Positions 54,055 to 64,000 of a stretch of DNA of 64,000 nt are shown here, in pieces; within the stretch, counting starts at the first letter, position 1; the number at the start of each line of letters is the position of its first letter. The stretch comes from Eledone cirrhosa (lineage: Eukaryota), in assembly GCA_964016885.1 (NCBI GenBank), contig OZ024749.1:15066001-15130000 (forward strand), in the 5' to 3' direction. The notes under the pieces were generated by a model. It had not been told where the DNA came from, did not search any database, and worked only from the letters and a program-made list of their open reading frames with translations. A program made the translations under genes and the position numbers.

Positions 54055-55165
54055 GTGTCCCAACATGGCCTCAGTCCCTAGAGAAGAAATTCCAAACATG
54101 GAAGCAGGGACTAGAAAGAAAGGGTCTGAAAGTCAACCTGACAAAAACTAAAGTCCTCGTAAGTAGACGAGAAAACAGAACCCAGATTCCCTCAGCGAAA
54201 TGACCTTGATCAGTATGTAGGAAAGGTGTAGGTAGGAACTCCATCCTCTGCCCCAAATGCAAACAATGGTTACACAAGAGATGTAGTGGGATCTCAGGAA
54301 GCTTAACTAAGAATGTAGGCTTCACATGCAGCAGCTGTGCTGGGACAGCAAGCAGCAAACGGTCACAGGAAACAAGCACCCCCAAACTCTGGGAGGGCTC
54401 TGTAGAAACAGTAGACAGCTTCTGCTACCTAGGTGACCGAATTAGCAGCGGAGGTGGGTGTTCGGAAAGTACAATAACTAGGGTAAGAATGGGATGGAAG
54501 AAGTTCAGGGAGCTACTGCCACTGCTAGCTGCAAAAGGCTTTTCCCTCAAAATGAAAGGCAGACTGTATGGTGTCTGTATACGAACAGCAATGTTACATG
54601 GTAGTGAGACCAGGGCTTTGTCTGTAGAAGACTTGCGTAGATTAGAAAGAAAGGAAGCTTGCATACTCTGATGAATGTGTAATATAATATACGCGAACAG
54701 CAAAGCATAAACAAATTGGGAGAGAGACTGAGCATAAAAGGAATCAAATGTTGTGTGCAGGAGAGGAGGTTGCGTTAGTATGGACATGTGATGCGTATGA
54801 AGGATGACACCTGCATAAAAAGGTGCAGAGCACTAGAAGTCGATGGAAGCCACGGAGTGGGGAGACCCAAGAAGACCTGGGATGAGGTGATAAAAGCCGA
54901 CCTTACCCAATTGCACCTCTACCTCTCAAAGGCGATGACACATAACCGTGACCTCTGGCATCGCGGAAAAAAAGCACCCAGCACTCACTGTAAATGAGGT
55001 TGGTGTTAGGAAGGGCATCCAGTTGTAGAAATCAAGCCAGAATCAGTTCCCGTATGAGCAAGACAAGGTCAGCCGACCGGACACTGCCCACAACAGGACA
55101 ACCCATCTAACCCATGCTAGCGTGGAACAACAGATGTAAAACGGTGATGATGATGATTATGATGA
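54055..55165 (+). mobile_element. Older degenerate RTE 3' portion, including a PHD relic
   Basis: LEKKFQTWKQGLERKGLKVN, GWKKFRELLPLL, GRPKKTWDE, with stops. Confidence 0.9.
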
Positions 55166-55370
55166 TATATATATATTGTGAAATACAAACACATATTCAT
55201 ATGTATATGTGTGCGTGTGTGTGTGGTGTCTACCTTAAGTTTTGCTCGATGACCTTAAGAGCTAAAATAATTAAAATAATTAAAATAACCCAATAATCAG
55301 AGCTATTTATTAAATTACAAAATATGAGGAAATCATAAACAAAAATATATCTATTTTTTCTTCAAAGGTC

Positions 55371-55419
<49 letters not shown>

Positions 55420-56033
55420 ACCTGCCTTACCTAAATACAAAGTAAAACCTACTACAGTCAGTAGGCATCTCTAACAAAATACACCCCCGTCCCACCACCC
55501 CCACCCATCCACACCGCCCCTTTCAATGTAAAGTTATGTTGGTGCCACAACATCCAGGCCGAAACAAATGAGATCGTGTAGGTGTCACGACAAAAAAACA
55601 CAGTCCACGCTGTAATGTGGCCGTGTAGGCAACACGGTGAAAACCTCCCAGCCCCACACTGTAAATGTGGTTGGTGTTAGGAAGGGCATCCAGCTGTAGA
55701 AAACCCGCCAGACAGTCCACGCTGTAATGTGGCCGTGTAGGCAACACGGTAAAAACCTCCCAGCCCCACACTGTAAATGTGGTTGGTGTTAGGAAGGGCA
55801 TCCAGCTGTAGAAAACCCGCCAGACAGTCAACGCTGTAATGTGGCCGTGTAGGCAACACCGTAAAAACCTCCCAGCCCCACACTGTAAATGTGGTTGGGG
55901 TTAGGAAGGGCATCCAGCTGTAGAAAACCCGCCAGACAGTCCTATGCGAGCAAGACAATCACTCTTGCCTCAAGTGGGAAAACCCCCGTCCAAACCCATG
56001 CAAGCGTGGAACACGGACGTTAAACGTTGATGA

Positions 56034-56036
<3 letters not shown>
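55420..56036 (+). mobile_element. 5'-truncated RTE 3' end with more ~92-bp UTR repeats
   Basis: Matches 9001-9518. Confidence 0.9.
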
Positions 56037-56067
<31 letters not shown>

Positions 56068-56071
<4 letters not shown>

Positions 56072-56174
56072 AAGTATGACCCAGACGGCAGAGCTCTAGC
56101 CGTTTCGACGGCTATTTCTGGACGAAATAGACGTCGAAACGGCTAGAGCTCTGCCGTCGGGGTCATACCTTTTC
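56068..56174. repeat. Palindrome (~50-bp arms) next to (TA)n
   Basis: gtatgacccagacggcagagctctagccgtttcgacg ... cgtcgaaacggctagagctctgccgtcggggtcatac. Confidence 0.9.
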
Positions 56175-56923
56175 CTATTACCCACTCTACTACCCTAAGT
56201 ATTGAGTACTCTGGTGCGTTATGGTCCACCTGGTTCCTTACCACACTTTCTTTGGCATATATATATATATATATATATAATACAGATTATATATGATACA
56301 CACACACACACACACACACACACGTAGACTGTGTTCAGCCTAGTCTCATGCCATCATGAAAACAGCAACGATAATTAAGCACTGTTAACAAATTAACAAC
56401 AAACACTAATTAGTAGGGGGAAAAGAGAGGAAAGAGAGGGGAGGGGAGATGGGGAGAGAGGGGAGGGGAGAGGGGGAGGAAAGAGAGGGGGGAGAGAGGG
56501 AGGAAGAGGGGCAGGAAGGGGAGGCTTCTTTTAGTAGACACCTGAATAAGGCCAGGTAGGGAGGTGGATAAGTAGGTAGGGGTGGGTACCCCCCTCCTTG
56601 TAGGTAGGCAGGTAGGTAAGAGGGTACTAGTTATATCATCCATCAAGTAGTGTCATTAGGACACTAATTAGTGAGGGGCGGGGGAGTGAATGAGGGAGAA
56701 AGAGATGGTGAGAGGGAGGGGGAATAATGAGAGATAAATGGAAGGAGCGGGTGAGAGGGAGGGAGAGAAACTGGGGATAGAATGAGGGGGGGTGATGGGG
56801 AACAGGAGGAGAGGATGTGAAGAGAGAGGAAATAGAGAGGAGAGAGAAAGAGAGAGATAGAGAAAGAGAGAGAAAGAGAGAGAGAGAGAAAGAGAGAGAA
56901 AGAGAGAGAGACAGAGAGAGAGA

Positions 56924-56971
<48 letters not shown>

Positions 56972-57056
56972 AGAGAGAGAGAGAAAGAGAGAGATAAAGA
57001 CAGAGAGAGAGAGACGGACAGAGAGAGAGAGAGAAGGACAGAGAGAGAGAGAGGAC

Positions 57057-57097
<41 letters not shown>

Positions 57098-58494
57098 AAG
57101 AGAGAGATAGAGAGAGAGAAAGAGAGAGAGAGATGGTGATGGAAGAGGTCAGATTTGACAATGATCAGGTGAACATCACAGTGACAAGTACCACATAGTA
57201 GACAAGACATAGGTGAGACAGGGGGGGGGGTCTATAGACATATGTGGGGTGGGGCAGTGGTGACATTAATCTGGGAGTCAATTAGCCCCCTCCAGGGCCT
57301 TATTGTCATTAAGTCATGTGACATTACACTGCTGTGTGACATCATCAAAAAAGTGGTGGTGATGGTGGTGGTGGTAATGGTGATGGTGGTGATGGTGGTG
57401 GTGGTGATGGTGGTGGTGATGATGGTGATAGTGATGGTGGTGGTGGTGATGGTGGTGGTGATGGTGGTGATAGTGATGGTGGTGGTGGTGATAGTGATGG
57501 TAGTGATGGTGGTGGTGATGGTGGTGATGGTGGTGGTGATTGTGGTGACGGTGGTGGTGGTGGTGGTGATGGTGGTGACGGTGGTGGTGGTGGTGGTGAT
57601 GGTGGTGATAATGGTGGTGGTGGTGGTGGTGTTGGTGGATGTGATGGTGGTGGTGGTGGATGTGATAATGATAGTGGATTATACAAGATATATATATATA
57701 TATTATATATTATATATGTCTAAATGTAAGAGAAAGAGAGGAGAGAGAGAGAAGGGGAGAGAGAATAGAGAAAGAGAAAAATGAGAGAGAAGTGGAGGAG
57801 GGAGAGGTGGGGAAGGTGGAGGAGGCGGAGGGGTGTGGAAGTTGGAGGAGGGGGGGAAGAAGGGGGGGGGGGGGGTGGAGGAGGGGAGAGAGAAAGTTGA
57901 GGAAGGTGTTAAGTTTGTATAAGAATCAAAAGTACAACAATTGTAAGACTATCTTGTGATGTCCTCCACCAAGACATGTTGTGAGGTCACCTTGACCCTA
58001 CATTAACCCTTTATTACTAGGGGAAATAATTTACTACTTATAAGGATTTAGTAATACTAGAATTGTTTTCAACATGCACGCAAACACACACATACATTCA
58101 CACATACATATTCAAATGCACACACATACATTCACACATGCACACACATACATTCACACATACACATTCACACAAACATACATTCACATAAACACACACA
58201 TACACTCACACAAACACACACATACATTTATACAAACACACACACTCACACACAGCATAGTTTTTCACCACCCCTACCTTCTTTTTACACACACATACAT
58301 TCACTAGGCAGCAGATGTAAAGAGAGAGGGGTAGTATGAGGTAGTCAAACTGCTCCTCTCTTTATATGTGTTGTACGCAGGCAGCAGATGTAAAGAGAGA
58401 GGGGTAGTATGAGGTAGTCAAACTGCTCCTCTCTTTATATGTGTTGTGACAATCGCAGAAATTTATATATAGATAACTAACTTTCTCATTATTA

Positions 58495-58900
58495 AGCAGG
58501 TGTTTGGCACATAACTTAACAAAGGCTCTTCCATAAAATTATGGTGGAAGGTTTTTAGATAAATATAAACACTTTAACCCTTTCATTGCCATATTTCTAA
58601 TGAAAAATATTGTTGGTGTTTGGAACATCACTTAACAAAGGTTCTTACATAAAATCATGATAAATATAAACACTTTAACCCCTTTATGACCATATTTCTA
58701 ATGAAAAACATTGTTGGTGTTTGGAACATCACTTAACAAAGGTTCTTACATAAAATCATGATAAATATAAACTCTTTAACCCCCTTATGACCATATTTCT
58801 AATGAAAAACATTGTTGGTGTTTGGAACATCACTTAACAAAGGTTCTTACATAAAATCATGATAAATATAAACACTTTAACCTTTTTATTATCATATTTC
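58495..58900. repeat. ~103-bp tandem repeat, 3-4 copies
   Basis: ttgttggtgtttggaacatcacttaacaaaggttcttacataaaatcatgataaatataaac repeated. Confidence 0.9.
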
Positions 58901-59743
58901 ACAACCCACACCTATATTTTACAGACAATCTCCACCACCTTAATTTTAATTAGACATTAAATAAGTCAGAGTTCATAGATTTGGCTTTTCACAATAAATG
59001 TTACAGGCTTCAGTCATTAGACTGTGGCCATGCTGGAGCAACCCCTTACCTTAAAAAGAAAAAAAAAAATTTCATAAATTTTTAATTGAAAAAAAGACAT
59101 TTAATCTCACAGAACTCCAGATTTGTGGCAGGTAAAGAGTTTAACCTGTCCATCACCCTCCCCCTATCCACACACATACATATATACACACATACTTATT
59201 TACATACACACACATCTACAGTGTCCATCACCCCCCCTTGTCCACACATACATATATATATATACACACACATACTTATTTACATACACACACATCTACG
59301 CATACATTCACACACACATCTACAGTGTCCATCACCCTCCCCCTGTCCACACACATATACACATACTTATTTACATACACACACACACATATATACACAT
59401 ACTTATTTACATACACACATATATATATACATACTTATTTACATACACACACATAGATATACATATACTTATTTACATACACACACACATATATATACAT
59501 AAACTTATTTACATACACATACACACATATATATACATAAACTTATTTACATACACACACACACATATATATATACACATACTTATTTACATGCACACAC
59601 ATCTAAACACACATCCACACATACATCTACAGTGTCCATCACCCTTCCCCTGTCCACACACATACATATATATATATATACACACATACTTATTTACATA
59701 CACACACACACATATATATATATACACACATACTTATTTACAT

Positions 59744-59786
<43 letters not shown>

Positions 59787-60591
59787 CACCCATACTTATT
59801 TACATACACACACACATATATATATATATATACACATATATATACACATACTTATTTACATACACACACATCTACAGTGTCCATCACTGCCCACACAAAT
59901 ATATATACATATATACATACCTATCTACACACACCCATTCACACATCTACAAACACCCACACACATCTCACACATGCTACCACATCTACCACACTACCAC
60001 CACATACCACACGTCCACCACACATACTACCACACGTCCACCACACTACTACACACACTACCACACTACTACACACAACTACCACACAACTACCACACAC
60101 ACTACCACACTACCACACAACTACCACACGTCCAGCACACTACCACACTACCACACATCTACCACACACACTACCACACTACCACACGTCCAGCACACTA
60201 CCACACTACCACACATACTACCACACTACCACACTACCACACACACTACCACACATACTACCACACTACCACACACACTACCACACACACTACCACACAT
60301 ACTACCACACTACCACACACACTACCACACTACCACACGTCCAGCACACTACCACACTACCACACATACTACCACACACACTACCACACACACTACCACA
60401 CATACTACCACACTACCACACACACTACCACACATACTACCACACTACCACACACACTACCACACATCTGCAGCAGATAAGAAGTAGTAAGAAGATAAAG
60501 AAAGAATAATTAACATTTAAAAGTCATTAATTGAGGATTTTGTTGATTCAACAAACATTTCTTACAACGCACCTTGTTTTTATACATCCCT

Positions 60592-60664
<73 letters not shown>

Positions 60665-61383
60665 AGTGTGAGTTTGTGTGCAACCCATGTTAGTATGGAA
60701 AAACAGTCATTGAATGATGATGAATGATGATACACAAACACACACACACATATACACACACACACATATATATATATTTATACATATACATATACATACA
60801 TATATATACATATAATTTTTTTTTTTCATGTATTTAGACCTAAAAATACCCACACCCAAACAACTCATTAACTGAACAATCAAGATAAGATACACACACA
60901 GTTCCAACACACAGGCACACATATACACACCCCTACACACAGGCGCACACACACATACACACCTCCAACACACATATACACCCCTACACACTCCTACACA
61001 TACACACACTAACACACACACCCCTTCTCACCTCCAACACACACATACTACTATTTCCTTGGACATATATTAATTACACCTCTCAACATAAACCCACCTG
61101 ACACCCCCAACATCTCTCCATATCTTACACACCCTTTTTTCACCTGTTCATTGTTCTTCAATTAAACGAGCTGGAATATTTTAATTTGTGTAGTTGGTGA
61201 TATGGAGGGCATCCATTATAAAATGCACCCAACACACTCTGTAAAGCGGCTGGTGTCAGGAAAAGCATCCAGTTGTAGAAATCATGCCAAGTAAAGTATT
61301 TGAGAGGACCCTTCAGTTGTGTCAAAGACAAAACAACCTCACTAGTGCTGGTGACAGGATAAAATTCACCCAGTACACTCTAT

Positions 61384-61416
<33 letters not shown>

Positions 61417-61675
61417 ATAATGAAGAGAGAGAGAGTTTAAGTATACATCCACTGTTTTATATATATCCTGTTATGTGCATTTCAAAGACATCAAAATGGT
61501 TGCATGATAATATGATGTGTTATCATCAGACAGGTATTAAGATGTAATTTTTTTTTTATATGCTCGCCATAGTTTGGAAAATGATAGCAGTCTGGTTACA
61601 AGTGAGCATATATATATATATATATATATGATATATGTACAATCATTTTTGTTGAAGTAGCTATTATAGTATAAC

Positions 61676-61769
61676 TTGTGCACTGATGAGTCATGATTGT
61701 CTTAATTAGCTAATTAACCATGTTAATTAGTCTAATTTTTTAATCATGGTGAAACCACAGTCTGAACAA
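61676..61769 (+). ncRNA. Hammerhead ribozyme with an extended stem II and GUC site
   Basis: ttgtgca-CTGATGA-gtcatgatt...aatcatggt-GAAA-c caca GTC-tgaacaa; internal hairpin ctaattaac cat gttaattag. Confidence 0.7.
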
Positions 61770-62871
61770 AATGCAGGTAAAATTATATTTTGTTGCTTGC
61801 TAAGATCTCAATAATAATAATATACTATATAGTATTATATGTAAATATAATTTTGTATAAATGATGCTCTGCAAAAAATATAGATTTTAGCCCATATAAA
61901 ACATATTTGAGCTGATTTATGGTATAATATGATCGAAATTCATAATGTGTGGTGACAGTCAAGTTTGCAATTTTTGAAAATTGCAAACTTGACTGTTCAA
62001 TTAACACTTAACATTTAATATTCTACCATACTATTTCCTTCTAATACCTTTATAAATTTTAAAGGATTGTAAATAAAACGAGTAAATCAGACAAAGTTTG
62101 AATTCCTTTTATTAATATAATCTTCTATACACAATCATACACACCCGTGTATATTTATCTATCTATATATATATATATATATATATGGCATAGACATTAC
62201 GATACAATGAGAGGAAACATAGTAGTACCAGTGATGATGTCACAGGTATGCGATGAAAGAACTTTGATAGACTATTTATATATTTATATCTATAGTTTTA
62301 ATCGTGATATATTTTTAATCAATGATAACCATTGATTACCAAATAAATTAATTATGGAGATATAAAAGATACAGAAGCGAAAAACAATCCAAACCAAACA
62401 GTGTGTTCTGTTATTATTTTTGGCAATATTATAACAATATGATCCTCCCCAAATATAAAAACATATATATATATAATCATATATATAGACTTAGTTTCAC
62501 AACAAATTAGCAACCCATAGTCAAGCTAATTTGTTGTGGAACTAACTCTACACCGAACTCGTCCTTTGGACTCAGTGCTCTCTCAGCTTTGGATATAACC
62601 TCCCACTTTTTTACCACTATATGTAAGTGGCTGGGTGGTTAGAGAATTAGATTCACAATCATGAGGTTGTGAATTCGATTCTTGGATTGGGCGATGTGTT
62701 ATGGCTTTGAGCAAGACACTTTATTCTGTCTGGATTTGCAGCTATTAGTATTAGCAATTGGAAAGACTAATGAAAACATTGTTTCCTCTGTGTGATTTGA
62801 CGTGTTCCACCCCACTCATTAAGCAAGTGAGGTCTGGGATCTTGTCGATCAACTGTTATATACATATATAT

Positions 62872-63235
62872 ATCATCATCATCATTTTATGTCTGCTTTT
62901 CCCTGCTTGCAAGGGTGAGACGGGAACTGATTCTGGCTTGATTTCTACAGCCCTTTCTAACACTAATCTCATTTACAGTGAGCAGTGGGTGCTTTTTTTC
63001 TATGGCACCTACACGTCCACTTTACGGTGTGGGCTGGGTGCTTTTTTGCTGTGGCACCTCCATGACCACTTTGCAGTGGAATGATATGGACCCCAGTCCC
63101 TATCATCTCATTTCTACAGCTGAGTAAACTGGAGCAATGTGAAATAAAGTGTCTTGCTCAAGGACACCACACATCACCCGGTCTGAGAATTGAACTCACA
63201 ACTTTTTGATTGCAAGGCTAATGCTTTAACCATTG
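62872..63235 (-). mobile_element. Same RTE-tailed tRNA SINE
   Basis: Reverse complement of the 20997/49845 element. Confidence 0.8.
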
Positions 63236-63489
63236 GCCTATATCTATATATATATATTATTATATATATAATAATAAAAGGACGATTTGTTATGTTTTCA
63301 TTACACGTTACACTCTCTAGATATATACATATATATGTATATATATATAGAATTACTATTGTGAAGAATAAATAGACAAACTCTAACTATGCAGTTTTCC
63401 GGAGTGGTGTGCAGCTCAGCATATTTTTTTATATACATTTAAATTTCAATATTAGATAATTTATATAGTGTTACGGTGAAACTTCAAAA

Positions 63490-63518
<29 letters not shown>

Positions 63519-63521
<3 letters not shown>

Positions 63522-63561
63522 GTCCTGATGAAGGGAAATGACCCAGAAACATGTTGATTGT
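63519..63561 (+). ncRNA. Minimal hammerhead motif
   Basis: atagtc-CTGATGA-a ggg aaatga ccc a-GAAA-c at GTT-gattgt; palindromic ACATGT in stem III. Confidence 0.55.
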
Positions 63562-63927
63562 TCCTCGATGCTACTGTTGAATAAATGGATGATGATAGTC
63601 ATCAAAACACAGCATAGCATAGTAAGGCCACTTGCTTGCAACCGAATCGAATATTATTATTATTATTTTCGATAAAACCCATACTTACATTTATGTAATC
63701 TGCTATGCTAGAGTGAAAAATAAAATTCTAATTTTGTTTATATATATATACATATAGGTAGACGCGCTCCATCATCCACTTTTCTAAAAAAATATATCAT
63801 ACACAAAATGCCACCATCAACAGTTTTCCAAGAGATGGCAACATGAATGGACCTGTTATTTTTCTCTAAAACATTTTTTCCAATTCCTCCCCACTCGTCC
63901 CTTCAATCTATCTTATTTCTCATTCTT

Positions 63928-63962
63928 TCTTCTGATGAAGGACTAGCGTCCGTACATTAAGA
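63928..63962 (+). ncRNA. Degenerate hammerhead (family shared with 43469-43504)
   Basis: tctt-CTGATGA-a-ggac tagc gtcc-GTA-catt-aaga; downstream flank similar to 43505-43540. Confidence 0.4.
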
Positions 63963-64000
63963 TCCTCTTCCTGCTATTTCTAGCATTAACCTAATATATT

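Noticed and set aside
59086-60509. His/Thr/Tyr-rich ORFs up to 454 aa
   Set aside because: (CA)n and CACTACCA-type simple repeats

Overview
This is repeat-saturated eukaryotic DNA, not prokaryotic. The huge (TA)n/(CA)n tracts, Meta-domain and RTE-tailed tRNA SINEs and RTE LINEs suggest a cephalopod, probably Octopus (inference). The only host coding sequence I can support is one large minus-strand exon (36356-38292, ATG at 38237) of an FNDC3-like gene, so most of the window is probably intronic. Other content: a near-intact RTE LINE with a PHD-type finger and one premature stop (5927-9518); a two-ORF CR1-group LINE with an intact 1006-aa ORF2 and in-phase -1 slippery heptamers (14284-18384); Penelope-like GIY-YIG relics with pseudo-LTRs; several SINE families including a 5S-headed one; hAT and Tc1 MITEs; and many minisatellites. 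The most striking signal is a dense set of minimal type I hammerhead ribozyme motifs (CUGANGA...GAAA-short stem III-NUH). About 15 intact or degenerate copies from several families are visible, and several sit as back-to-back pairs in long fold-back palindromes inserted in (TA)n. All ribozyme folds were done by eye and need covariance-model and cleavage tests. Most ORFs in the supplied track are microsatellite artefacts.
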